Sequence record: MT446413.1 | DNA: 64,000 nt | From: Escherichia virus TH42 | Reading direction: 5' to 3' (one strand) | Part shown: piece by piece, positions 49,801 to 59,400 of the stretch | Numbering within the stretch: the first letter of the stretch is position 1 | Layout: each line of letters opens with the position of its first letter | The notes under the pieces: model-generated | Database searches by the model: none | Seen by the model: the letters and a program-made list of their open reading frames with translations, nothing else | Told to the model about the DNA's origin: nothing | Position numbers and translations under genes: made by a program

Positions 49801-49837
49801 TTTAACCATAGAGTTTGCTGTTGGCGGTCGAAGATAA
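46832..49837 (+). CDS. large virion protein with several Ig-like (Big_2-type) domains
   Basis: 1001 aa; repeated ~80-aa Ig-like units in N-terminal 400 aa (e.g. GQVTITADNETKTASCIVT, YTEITAVTAEGGRSAVCTVRV); terminator follows. Confidence 0.55.
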   Translation: MALYPIKSLGAVGVIADQAPTDLAPNAFTNAINARFVEQRVFKTGGNAPLSYVDEDKDLTPLSFLSMPFDYYSAGNSFLVVGTDKKLYKLTDESLTDISRKVATATKKASATIKIYPVVSNIVPKETSVSMNFNQTKILEVEVTPTDAQNANLVWEVSNSSYGSIEVDPTDSKKATLTSKSVEGNLVVTVSTSDESISAQIAVNIIDGDSGIYLSQDTLTMRKGGTSTLTAITGKPSVTWSSSNPSLVSVSPNANTKTVVLTALGEGQVTITADNETKTASCIVTAIPQIDSITLSQTDIQMSRGTQYILTATVSPANAPNQTITWTSSNTNIATVSGTGTEATITGLLAGYTEITAVTAEGGRSAVCTVRVDLSSRLASRAMSAMTITTEAPVEEPMVGSEEVTYFDTDNIGIDTTGMAEGNNFYDYSNVMDLEGFGRAAMLANDPPLTGVTLDVIDASLDVGEEIVITATASPTGSYTYKWTVDKSGYVSTTSTTDSTLKLTAIRKGEVKVTCTVSQMVQKDYDAFEDYPWYHAIISNCAVATTHYETPQVKEFDSEYFTDLPGWGEQTVVDADGNPSVKKYNWKCERVRAFNNRLFALNMRESNASGVTTHYPLRLRWSNFAEENKAPQLWDDYAYDRAVSSDLAANIVGQTEALENGYAGYIDLADSNGSLLDVLPLKDYLFVYTEFETYIGSPTNNTYQPLMFKKLFNDSGILAPECVVEVEGGHFVVTQNDVILHNGASKKSIASNRVKNMLINEICLVNPIATRVHLHQDKKEVWVLYVGPGEPKESFACTKAAVWNYEFDTWSFRTIPYSYCIGLVDPPVLERGPIWADFQEITWDDPSIDKLVWRKDATNFRQRVTIIGSFLKGFYQVDIGALDYIYDRTNDVVIEKPLEMRLERTGIDFDNVTNEWNQKHINRFRPQVTGTGTYTFEAGGSQFSNEYGHNHSTKEFRVGVDRHVAVRLNHPYLFYNVIDNDVNSNASMNGLTIEFAVGGRR

Positions 49838-49843
49838 CAACTA

Positions 49844-49866
49844 GGGAGCTTCGGCTCCCTTTTATT
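49844..49866 (+). terminator. intrinsic terminator after 1001-aa gene
   Basis: GGGAGC-UUCG-GCUCCC then UUUUAUU. Confidence 0.55.
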
Positions 49867-49874
49867 GTTTATAA

Positions 49875-50897
49875 TTGGAGGTACTTATGGGTGCTGGAGG
49901 TTTTCGTAAGAATACTGGAAGAAACAACACCACACTTCCCTACAACGTTGGGTTTTTAAACAATGTAGAGGATACGGATAAATATAACGTTGCAGTTTAT
50001 GATGAATTGCAGAAAGTCAGTACAGCAACTAACCAGATGTTCCAAGCAATCGACGAGATTCATGAAGAAATAGATGTTCGTATTAAAGCTCTTAATGCAA
50101 TGAACCTACAGTTTGATGAACTTGAGAACCGAATTACTACAGAGATTGAAACAGCTATTGCTGATATTCAAACACAGATGGGTAATCTTTCTACTGAAGA
50201 CATTTGGGATAGAAGCACTAACCCTCCGACTAAACTGGATGGTACAGTTGCAGGTTTCAAAACTTCTATTGAAGGTAATGATTTAAAGATTCAGACAGTA
50301 CAAGGTATTGTGAATGAACAAGGACAAGAGATTGCTTTAGTTCAGACAGAACTTACTGCTCAAGGTACTCAGATTGCTGAAGTGGATGGTAAGGTTACTA
50401 CTGTACAGAATTCTCTTTCTCAATACATGAGACTAGATAGTTACGAAGCTACATGGGGTGTCAACTCTTCTATTAATGGTCAGTACGCTGGTGTTAAACT
50501 AACTAACAACGGCACGAACAGCCAATTCCAAGTAACGGCTAATAAATTTATTGTTGGTGATGGCAACTCTGGTAATACTCCTTTTGTTTTTGAAGGTGGT
50601 AGAGCTAGAATGGAATTCGCTGATATCAAGAATGTCAACATTACAACTGCTCAGATTGCTAATGCTCGAATCCAATTTGCTCAGATTGATAACGTATGGA
50701 TTCAAGATGGACAGATTGCTAACCTTACTGCTAACAAGATTACTGCTGGCTCTATGAGTGGTTCAAACTGGAGACTTACTGTTGGCGGGGATTTTGTGAT
50801 GGGTGGTACAGGCGGTTCTCAGTTGTGGATGAACGGTAATAGAATAGATTTTTATGATGGGAGTGGAACTCTTCGTATAAGAATAGGGAGTTGGTAA
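49875..50897 (+). CDS. tail fibre-like protein
   Basis: 340 aa; N-terminal coiled coil then repeat-like IANARIQFAQIDNVWIQDGQIANL. Confidence 0.45.
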   Translation: MEVLMGAGGFRKNTGRNNTTLPYNVGFLNNVEDTDKYNVAVYDELQKVSTATNQMFQAIDEIHEEIDVRIKALNAMNLQFDELENRITTEIETAIADIQTQMGNLSTEDIWDRSTNPPTKLDGTVAGFKTSIEGNDLKIQTVQGIVNEQGQEIALVQTELTAQGTQIAEVDGKVTTVQNSLSQYMRLDSYEATWGVNSSINGQYAGVKLTNNGTNSQFQVTANKFIVGDGNSGNTPFVFEGGRARMEFADIKNVNITTAQIANARIQFAQIDNVWIQDGQIANLTANKITAGSMSGSNWRLTVGGDFVMGGTGGSQLWMNGNRIDFYDGSGTLRIRIGSW

Positions 50898-50898
50898 T

Positions 50899-51933
50899 AT
50901 GGCATATGGAATATGGACAAGCCCTGTTGGTCCGGGTCCGGCGGCACCTGCTGATATTTACATCGATAGTGGTAGCACGTTTCCTCAACTCAAGAATAGA
51001 GTTAGCGGTAACTTTGCATTTAGTGGAAACATTTGTGACCTCCCTATAAACGGGTGGGATGGAAGTGGTCAAATAGTTATTGTCCCAACAGGCTCTGTGG
51101 TATGGGAAAGATACATACCGCCTAATGTGACCTCGGACGTATACTGGATAGACAACATCTCAGTTATTAATAACTCTACTTTTCGAGTTACTATGGATTA
51201 TAATGTTAATGGGTGGGTATTTGATATGGCTTTTAATGTGTATCAGATATGGCCTAGAGCTAATAGAAACTACGGAATTACTTTTTCTAACACAGCTGAT
51301 TACTTCTCTATTTCTGACTCTGGCACTGTTGGTCAGTGTATCTGGGCTTGGGAAGGTGACATAAACGGCTCTCTTCAGATACCAGATATTGGAGGTTTTG
51401 ATATGAGCCGGGCAACTGTTTATGCAAACTGGAGTCACGGAGGGGCGGGGTTGTTGTATAACCCATCTAACAGGGTTGTTTATGTGTACCAAAACAGGTC
51501 TCACGATAACAGTAACACAAACCAAACAGGATCTATTGGTGGTGTTAGGATTGCTGTTTTCTGCGATGGTTCTGGGGTACCAACCCACAACGGTGGCCTA
51601 AACATCTTTTCCCCAAATGGGTCTCAGTGCGTATTCTCTACCTATAGAACCCCTTTTAGTGTTGAAGGGTTTATGCCTATGAGTGGAGGTAATACATCTC
51701 TGGCCTATCCAATGATACCACTGTCTTATGGGGCTGGGGCTATACGAGGAAGTGCTAGTGGTTGGTACTTTCAACACACAAGATCTCATATGATGAATGG
51801 ATCTTCTTTTGGGACAGGGTATGGAAGAATGATATACTCTTGGTCAAATCAGTATGATCTCGGTGGTGGGGGTGCTCTAGGATTAAGTATTCCGGTATTA
51901 GACGCCAAGAAGATTTTTAGAAGCATACAATAA
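50899..51933 (+). CDS. virion structural protein
   Basis: 344 aa ORF, start adjacent to upstream stop. Confidence 0.45.
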   Translation: MAYGIWTSPVGPGPAAPADIYIDSGSTFPQLKNRVSGNFAFSGNICDLPINGWDGSGQIVIVPTGSVVWERYIPPNVTSDVYWIDNISVINNSTFRVTMDYNVNGWVFDMAFNVYQIWPRANRNYGITFSNTADYFSISDSGTVGQCIWAWEGDINGSLQIPDIGGFDMSRATVYANWSHGGAGLLYNPSNRVVYVYQNRSHDNSNTNQTGSIGGVRIAVFCDGSGVPTHNGGLNIFSPNGSQCVFSTYRTPFSVEGFMPMSGGNTSLAYPMIPLSYGAGAIRGSASGWYFQHTRSHMMNGSSFGTGYGRMIYSWSNQYDLGGGGALGLSIPVLDAKKIFRSIQ

Positions 51934-51942
51934 GGAGAGGAT

Positions 51943-52737
51943 ATGGATAGGATTTTAGGAGTTTCAGAACTAGATCCACTGGTTCAACAAGCTGCTAAGA
52001 AGTATGGTATTCCTGCTGCTCTTGTTCATGCGGTCATTCAGAGGGAGTCTAGTGGTAAGCCCTCTGCCGCTTCAGGAACAGGGCCAGTAGGATTGATGCA
52101 GATTAGTAAAGGTTTGGCTAAAGATTATGGTTACAAATTAGAAGATCGTCTAGACCCAGCTAAGAATATCGACATGGGTGCTAGATATATCAGGGACAAC
52201 CTAAAAGCGTTTAATGGTGATGTAAGAAAGGCAATGGTAGGTTATTCAGAAGGGACTGGTGGAGCAAAACAAATGTTCGCTGGTAAGAGAGGGTTTACAC
52301 CTCAAGCTCTCGATTCTATGAATAATAAAAACTTCCTCCCTTTCTATACAGCCAATGATGCTGCTGGTCAGGTAGCTAATCCGGTTGGGGCTTTACAGTC
52401 AGCACAGCCAGTGAACCAGTTCTCTCCTGAATTGGTTACTAAAGAAGGTGCTGCTAATTCCCCTACTCAAGCTGAGATTGCTGCTGCTAAGACAGGTGCT
52501 CTAGGTGGTTCTCCTGCTGAGTTCTATTCCGATGCTGTAGCAGAGACTGGGGAAGATCAGAAACCACAACAGAACTTCGGTAATGCTGCACTAGCTGCTG
52601 CTGCGATGTTAGCAGGGAAGGCTCCTAAGTCTCAAACAGTTCAGAGAGCACATGCACCAACTCAAGCAGGTTCTCAATACAGCCCACAGACACAAGCCGT
52701 TCTTAGACGTTTGGCAAGTGTTGGTGTTATTAAATAA
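51943..52737 (+). CDS. lytic transglycosylase (SLT domain) virion protein
   Basis: 264 aa; AALVHAVIQRESSGKP...GPVGLMQIS motif. Confidence 0.7.
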   Translation: MDRILGVSELDPLVQQAAKKYGIPAALVHAVIQRESSGKPSAASGTGPVGLMQISKGLAKDYGYKLEDRLDPAKNIDMGARYIRDNLKAFNGDVRKAMVGYSEGTGGAKQMFAGKRGFTPQALDSMNNKNFLPFYTANDAAGQVANPVGALQSAQPVNQFSPELVTKEGAANSPTQAEIAAAKTGALGGSPAEFYSDAVAETGEDQKPQQNFGNAALAAAAMLAGKAPKSQTVQRAHAPTQAGSQYSPQTQAVLRRLASVGVIK

Positions 52738-52749
52738 TAAGGAGGACGT

Positions 52750-53799
52750 ATGTCTTTATTCGGGTCTGCTTCTAAGACTAAAACTACAGTGGCTCCATCC
52801 TCTCAGGTTGATGCTCTGTTAAAACAGATTGTGGCTAATGCTCAGAATATGAACAGCAATGATGCTGGATTTATTTCTCAGCAACTAGCTGGCCTTAACC
52901 CTAACCAACAAGCTGCTCTATCTAACTTAGCTAACTCTTCCACCTTGAATCAACTGAGTAATATGTACACTCCTCGGACACAACAAGGTCTGGATCAGAT
53001 GAACACTTTGGCTCAGAGATATCAAGACTTGGCTAATAGTTCAATCAGTGCTAGTGATGTTAACAAGTTCAGTTCTGGTCTAAACAATTCTGCACTGGCT
53101 CAGGCAACAGGAAAGGCTGCATCTAACGTATCTCTTGGTAATGGTTCTGATTCAGGATCTCTTCGTAGGGCTGCTGCTCAGGGTGCTGCTTTGAATTCTG
53201 CTAATACCAACCTGTCTCGTACTATCTCTGGTAAGAACTTAGGTGTTGACGCTTTAAGATCTAACAGTTCCTTCCAGCAAGGCCTTCTGAACGCACAAAC
53301 AGGGTTGGCTGGACAAAACCTTAACCTCGGCTCTCAAGGCACTCAGGCAGCTCAACAGGCTATCCAGAATCAACTTACTGCTGGTAACTTACAACAGCAG
53401 CAAGATCAGACTCAAGCTGACCTTAATTGGCAGAATGCTATTGGTAGTCAACAGTACGGATGGAATCAACTCAACAACCAATTAAATGTATTAAACTCAG
53501 TAAGCCCTATGGCTGGTTATACAATTACTAATAAAGGAGCCTCTCCTAACACATCCCAGCAAATTCTTGGTGCTGGAGTGACTGGTCTAGGTATTGCTGG
53601 TAGATTGGGTGCTTTCACTCCTAGTCAACAAACTCAGAATGCTTGGAACTCTTATAATGCTTCGGGTGGTCAATCTGGTATGGCTGGTCCTATGATCGGT
53701 GGGTCTAACCTATCCAATCAGAGTAATCAGAATAACTGGTTGTCTACAGCTGGGAGTAATATTTTGGGTGGTGTTCTAGGTGCCTTCGGGGCAAACTAA
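52750..53799 (+). CDS. internal virion protein (Q/N/S/A-rich)
   Basis: 349 aa low-complexity protein in internal-protein block. Confidence 0.45.
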   Translation: MSLFGSASKTKTTVAPSSQVDALLKQIVANAQNMNSNDAGFISQQLAGLNPNQQAALSNLANSSTLNQLSNMYTPRTQQGLDQMNTLAQRYQDLANSSISASDVNKFSSGLNNSALAQATGKAASNVSLGNGSDSGSLRRAAAQGAALNSANTNLSRTISGKNLGVDALRSNSSFQQGLLNAQTGLAGQNLNLGSQGTQAAQQAIQNQLTAGNLQQQQDQTQADLNWQNAIGSQQYGWNQLNNQLNVLNSVSPMAGYTITNKGASPNTSQQILGAGVTGLGIAGRLGAFTPSQQTQNAWNSYNASGGQSGMAGPMIGGSNLSNQSNQNNWLSTAGSNILGGVLGAFGAN

Positions 53800-53810
53800 G
53801 GAGGTAAATA

Positions 53811-54782
53811 ATGGCAGGTTTATTCGGTGGAGGGGGTAGCTCTTCTACTTCCAAAATGACAAGACCTGAATATATTCAATCCTATATTGACCAACTGGTT
53901 AATCAGGTGAATAACACAAGTTCAGGCGATTATGTTTATAGAGATAATGTAGGTTTCAATCAGAACCAAACTGAGGCTCTGAATAACCTTTCTCAATCAG
54001 GAGCACTTGGTGCTCTGTCTTCTCAATATATGGATGCTGCTCAATCTGGTCTGGGATATCTCGACCAAGCCAATTCAGGCTATAACAACCTATCTAACTC
54101 TGGTCAAATTACTGGTGAACAGATTGGTGCCTTGGCTGGTCAGCTCTATGACGATGAAGCTGTTCAGGCTGCTATTACAGCTAACAATGAACAGACACAA
54201 CAGGATTTGGCTCGTAATGCTCTACCTCAGTTGGCTCAGCAATATGCTGGACAGCAAGGTTCAGGTGCTAGAATGGCTAAATCTTTTGCTCAAGGTGATG
54301 CTCTTAATCAGATGCAGAACACAGCAACCAATATTACCAACAGTGCTTATGATTCAGCTCTTAATCAAGCTCAAAGCATTCTGTCAGGTAATAGACAATC
54401 TCAAGCTTCTGCTCTAAGTGGACTCTCTGGAATTGGTAGTTCTTTATCTAATTTAGGAACCCAAGCAGGTCAACTATCCCAGCAGCAGATGCAGAATCAG
54501 TGGGCAGCAGGTTTGCAGCAACAGCAACAGCAACAAGCTGGTCTGGATAATGCTTATACAAACGCTCAGAATGCAGCCAATTGGGGCTGGCAAGACATTA
54601 ACAACCAACTCGGTGCAGCTGGTGTTCTCAACGGTGCTTTAGGTACTACAACTACTAATAAGGTTTCAGGTGGTGGGAGTGGTTTCTTAGGTGGTGCTAT
54701 GAGTGGCGCAGCAGCAGGCTCTTCCTTCGGACCTTGGGGTGCATTAGCAGGTGGGGTTATCGGTGGGTTGGCTAGTTCTTAA
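53811..54782 (+). CDS. internal virion protein (Q/N/G-rich)
   Basis: 323 aa low-complexity protein. Confidence 0.45.
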   Translation: MAGLFGGGGSSSTSKMTRPEYIQSYIDQLVNQVNNTSSGDYVYRDNVGFNQNQTEALNNLSQSGALGALSSQYMDAAQSGLGYLDQANSGYNNLSNSGQITGEQIGALAGQLYDDEAVQAAITANNEQTQQDLARNALPQLAQQYAGQQGSGARMAKSFAQGDALNQMQNTATNITNSAYDSALNQAQSILSGNRQSQASALSGLSGIGSSLSNLGTQAGQLSQQQMQNQWAAGLQQQQQQQAGLDNAYTNAQNAANWGWQDINNQLGAAGVLNGALGTTTTNKVSGGGSGFLGGAMSGAAAGSSFGPWGALAGGVIGGLASS

Positions 54783-54796
54783 TTAGGAGATTAATT

Positions 54797-56428
54797 ATGC
54801 AACAAACATCTTACGCGTATCTTCGTAGTCAAGACCCGCGAAATCAGATTTATGGTGATCGTCAGAGAGGGGTTACGGCCTCTCCTTACATGTCCAGACC
54901 TGCTGGTCCAGCAGCTGACTTATCTATGTATCAGCGTCCAGCTCTTCCTGCTGTCTTAGGAGCTACAGTTGAACAAGCACAGGCTGACCAAGAAGCTATG
55001 ATGAATCCGGGATTCAAGCAACGTCTTTATGAACAGCAGGGTATTTCCACTCCTACTAGTTTGGCTGGTATTGATGCTGGCATTAATCCGGGTGATGAAG
55101 GCTCTATGATGCCTGCTGATGTAGCTCCTGCTTCTAGCCCTCTTCCGGTTACAGCTCCTGCTAAACCAATTGAAGAGTCGGATAAAGAGTTTGCCCCTGA
55201 ACAAGTACAACAGGCACAAGGTGTCATGAATACTATCGCTTCTGGTGTTCCTCAGGGTGAAGGTATGAGTGGTGCTACTCGTGCTGCTGACCAAGAACGT
55301 GTGAATCAGGATATTCTTAAAGTTGCACAATCTAAGAACCCGGCAGATGCGTGGAAGACTATGCAGAAACAGCCTTTCTATCAAAACTCTAGTTTCTATA
55401 CAGGATTGATGGGTGTGGGTCTTTCTATTATGTCTGGTAAATCTCCGATTGAAGCATTCCAGATTGGCTCTGGTATGGCATCTCAGGATGAAGCTAAACA
55501 ACAATTAGAACTGAACCGTGATAACCTGATCGAACAAGGTTACTCTCAGGATTCTGTAGCTGCTGCTGTAGCTGCTGGTGACCCTTCTCTTCTGAAGATG
55601 CGTCAGATTAGTCCTCAAGAGAAGATGGCTCTAGCCGCTCAAGATGAAGCTCGTGCTAATCAAGAGTGGGATAGACGTCAACAGATTCAAGAGAATTCGA
55701 TGCGGGAACGTGCTGCTGAAACCCGTCGTGCTGCTGAACAACGTGCTGATGCTCAGTTTGAGAAGCAGAAAGAGTTGATTGGTTATCGTGATCAAGTTAA
55801 GGCAGACCGTGCAGAACAAGCTGCTCAAAGTTTTAACTTTAACCCGAAAGAAGTTCGTCTTGCTCAGAACACTGCTGAAGGTACGGTTGCTAAGCAATGG
55901 GCAGAGAAGGCAGGACTGTTTAACCAGTCTCATAAAGACTTGGATTTGGCAGACAAAGCAGTTAAGGATGGTGATTATCAGACTGCTCGTTCTGCGTACA
56001 TGCAGGCTATCATGAACTCCGCGAGAGCTGAGATTGGTGCTAACCGTTCTCTGCAAGCTGATGACTTGTCACACTTCGCAGAAGACCCATCCATTCTTGT
56101 TAAGGTAGGTAACACTTGGTCTCTTAAAGCTGGTTATCGTCCATCCGATGCCGCTCTTTCCTATGCCCGTAAGCAAGCAACTGTTGGTGCTTCTTCTGCT
56201 GAGAAAGGTGTTAAGGATTCTAAGAAAGCAACTATTGAAGCTTATGTTGGTTCTGGTATGGACAAGAAACGTGCAACTGCTCTTGTTAACCGAGCTATTC
56301 CTTCTGCTGGTTTCTATGACCCTCTCGGTGTATTCGAAGCAGAGTCTGAAGCAGCTGTTGGTGGTTCAGCAACCAATCCTAAACTTAATGGTGCTTTGTC
56401 TTCTAACACTGATTGGATGACTCAGTAA
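54797..56428 (+). CDS. internal virion protein
   Basis: 543 aa ORF. Confidence 0.45.
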   Translation: MQQTSYAYLRSQDPRNQIYGDRQRGVTASPYMSRPAGPAADLSMYQRPALPAVLGATVEQAQADQEAMMNPGFKQRLYEQQGISTPTSLAGIDAGINPGDEGSMMPADVAPASSPLPVTAPAKPIEESDKEFAPEQVQQAQGVMNTIASGVPQGEGMSGATRAADQERVNQDILKVAQSKNPADAWKTMQKQPFYQNSSFYTGLMGVGLSIMSGKSPIEAFQIGSGMASQDEAKQQLELNRDNLIEQGYSQDSVAAAVAAGDPSLLKMRQISPQEKMALAAQDEARANQEWDRRQQIQENSMRERAAETRRAAEQRADAQFEKQKELIGYRDQVKADRAEQAAQSFNFNPKEVRLAQNTAEGTVAKQWAEKAGLFNQSHKDLDLADKAVKDGDYQTARSAYMQAIMNSARAEIGANRSLQADDLSHFAEDPSILVKVGNTWSLKAGYRPSDAALSYARKQATVGASSAEKGVKDSKKATIEAYVGSGMDKKRATALVNRAIPSAGFYDPLGVFEAESEAAVGGSATNPKLNGALSSNTDWMTQ

Positions 56429-56448
56429 GACCTAAGTCCTATCTCTTA

Positions 56449-56457
56449 TAATGTATA
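56449..56457 (+). promoter_or_regulatory. candidate phage-sigma-dependent promoter motif (TAATGTATA, exact)
   Basis: Exact TAATGTATA 37 nt upstream of the 1472-aa gene start. Confidence 0.4.
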
Positions 56458-56493
56458 TAGGAGGTAGGACATTTTTATTTATAAGGAGAAATT

Positions 56494-59400
56494 ATGGCTA
56501 ACTTAAAACCGTGGGAAGAAGCTTCTAAAAGCCCTGCGTATTTGAATGCCTCCCCTGAGCAACAGTCTCAGATGCGAGAACAGTATAAAGCAGCGGGTGG
56601 AACGATTCCTGAGGCTGCTCCAGCTCCTAAACAAGAAGAGCAACCGGGGTTGGTTGGTGATTTTGCCCAAGGTGTGTCCAACGCTATTCAATCAGGTGGT
56701 GCAAACATTGCAGCTAGTGCTGCTAGAGGTATTGGTGGATTAGTTGAGATTGGAGAAAATCTAGCTGGTACACAGACAAGTTATGGTAAGCGTATTCAAG
56801 ACAACTCTAAAAACTTACTAGAAGAACGTCTTTCTCAAATCGAAGATGGTGTAGGTAAATCTGTAGGTCAGTATGCTGGCGTTGCCGCTGATATCGGTCT
56901 TACGGTCGCTAACCCAGCTGTAGCTGCTGCTGTTATTGCAGCTCGTGAAACAGGTAGGGCTTATGCGGACCAAACTCCAGAAGAGGGTGAAGAGAAGTCT
57001 GTTCTTGATGCTGGTCTAGTTGGTGGTGCTAACTTTGCAGCTCAGAAGATTCTTCCGGGGATGACAGGAACTGCTTCTACTACTCTAGGTCGTGTTGGTC
57101 AGAGTGTAGCATCTAACGCAGTGGCTGGTGCTAAAGGTGGTGCTCTTGTAGGTGCTGCTGAAGCACAGAACAAATATGGTGATGACACTACTCTTGCTAA
57201 CATTATTGAAGGTGCTGTAGAAGAAGGTGCGATGGGTGCTGCTTACGGTGGGGCTATCGGTGGGGTTCATGGATTGATAAGTCGTCCTAGTCCTCAAGTC
57301 TTTGACCGTACTCCAGAACACGTTAAGACTGACATTGCCGCTGAAGATGAAGCTATTCGCTCAGCTAAAAATGCAGACGAACTAAGAGAGGCTTACTCTA
57401 AAGCTGATAACGCTAACACAGCTTCCGCTCTTAACCTCCTCGATGAGAACGGTTTCCGTGTTACTGATGCTGTGGCTATGGACTCCCCTGCTGCTCAGCG
57501 TATCCTTAATACTGATCAAAGTCGTGCTGAGAAGGCTGCTACTATTCTGGAAGATCGTTCTAATGTTCCGGGTTTAAATCCTCTTGCTGCTCCTAATAAA
57601 AAGCAAGGTAAAGCTAACGCAGACAACGAACATAACCAGAAACAAGCTGTGGCAATGAAAGATGCAATGGCTGATTATACAAAAGACAACACTAAATCTC
57701 TGTCTGATGTTCTGGATAATCTTGATCGTGAATTAACAGCTGCTCGTGCCAGTGGTGATTTTACTGGTAGTGCTATGGACATTAAGAATCGTACCCAAGC
57801 AGATCGTGATTTCATTGATGCTTATAAAACTTTCTATAACGAAGCTAATCGATTCAAAGCTCGTGATGGTGAAGACTTTAATAACTTCATAGAGAAAGCT
57901 ACAGAGCTTCAGAAACTGGCTGATAATGTATCTCCAGAAATGAAAACTGCTATTGGTGGTTTGAAGAAACTTAAAGGAATGCCTGAAGGTTTCAACCCAA
58001 TCCAAGATGCTTTCACTCTGAATAATACAGCTAAGTTAATGAGTAATCAAGACCGTGGTTGGACTTCTCTGACTGCTGATGGTTTTAAAGAAGCTGCTCC
58101 TCCAGTTCTGATTAAGAATCCTCTTGGTGCTGCTAAGCATGTTCTTAACCGTTTCCGTTCTGACCGTGCTCGCTCTCAACGCGAAAGCCAGCAGGCTGCT
58201 AACAGTGAAGCTATTCGTTCTCTTGCTCGTAGTGATATGGAAGTAACTCGTGCTCGTGCTCAGGCTGATGAAGCCCGTGCTGCGATGGAGAAAGAACCTG
58301 AAGTTGATGACATTAAATTTAAGACTCAAAATGACACGGAAATCGAACCGGTTCGGGAGCCTTCTGCTACTACTGTGACGGAAGAAATTTCCTCTCCAGA
58401 AACCTCTCCTTTAACTGCTCGTGATTTGGTCGCACAGAGACGTGCTTTGAAGGAAGCTGAAGCTAGACGTCAAGAAGCCGAAGCTAATAAGGTTCAGGAA
58501 GAACCAACTCCAGAGCCAGTTCCACAAGAACCAGTTACTACCGCAAGGGATTTAGTTGCCCAGCGTCGTGCTGTTGCAGAAGCTCGTAAACGTCAAGAAG
58601 CAGAAGAGGCTAGCAAGGCTGCTGAGAGCGTTCCTGAGGAGCCTACCGTTCAAGCCGAGCCATTACCTACCCGTGCTCCTAAAGCTCCTGAGATTGAGCC
58701 TGAGCCTGTTAAACCAGCTACTGGAATAGAACGTCTAGCTGCTATGTCAAGTGCTGCCCGTCAAGCTACTAAAGATCGTGCAGATCGCTTTGCTCGTTCC
58801 CTGTATACGGCAGGTGCTAAGGCTAAAGCCACAGCGGAGAATTTCCTTTCTTATAAAGGTGACCCGAAAGAGTTGATGCGTCGTATCCGTCAGGAAGACC
58901 AAGCTAACAACGCTGAACGTCATGCTGAGATGGCTCGTAACCAGCTTGCTTCTCAACAGGGTATTGCTGCTGCTAAGTCACAACGTGTTCGTTCTTCGTT
59001 TGCTGATTGGGTTAAGGAACGTGGTCTACCTTCTGATATTGCTACCAAGGCATTACGTGCTGAGGAGAAAGGTATTGGTGGGAACGTGACTAGTCTGGAT
59101 TCACTGAAGCGTAGGTCTGAACGTCTGTATCAGAAACAGCGCGATGATGAATTTAACAAGATGTATGAAGAAGCTCTTGCAGAGAATAAGAAGCTTGATA
59201 AAGCTGATGCTCCTAAACTGGTTGACCAGAAGAAAGAGTTACACAGCGAAATCAATTTACTTCTTGATGCAGAGCCATTACGTCCAGCTCAAAAAGATGC
59301 TATGCGTAAGTTGATGGAAGACTTTGTAGATGGGAAGTTTAAAGCTTCAGAGAAGGCTGGAAGGGAAGATGCTTTGGAAGTGGGACAGATGAAGGATATA

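Noticed and set aside
54956-55504. Antisense ORFs embedded in large structural genes (also 47749..48066, 41931..42341, 37979..38545, 59683..60093)
   Set aside because: They lie wholly inside longer, motif-supported genes on the opposite strand and have biased, low-complexity translations typical of antisense frames.
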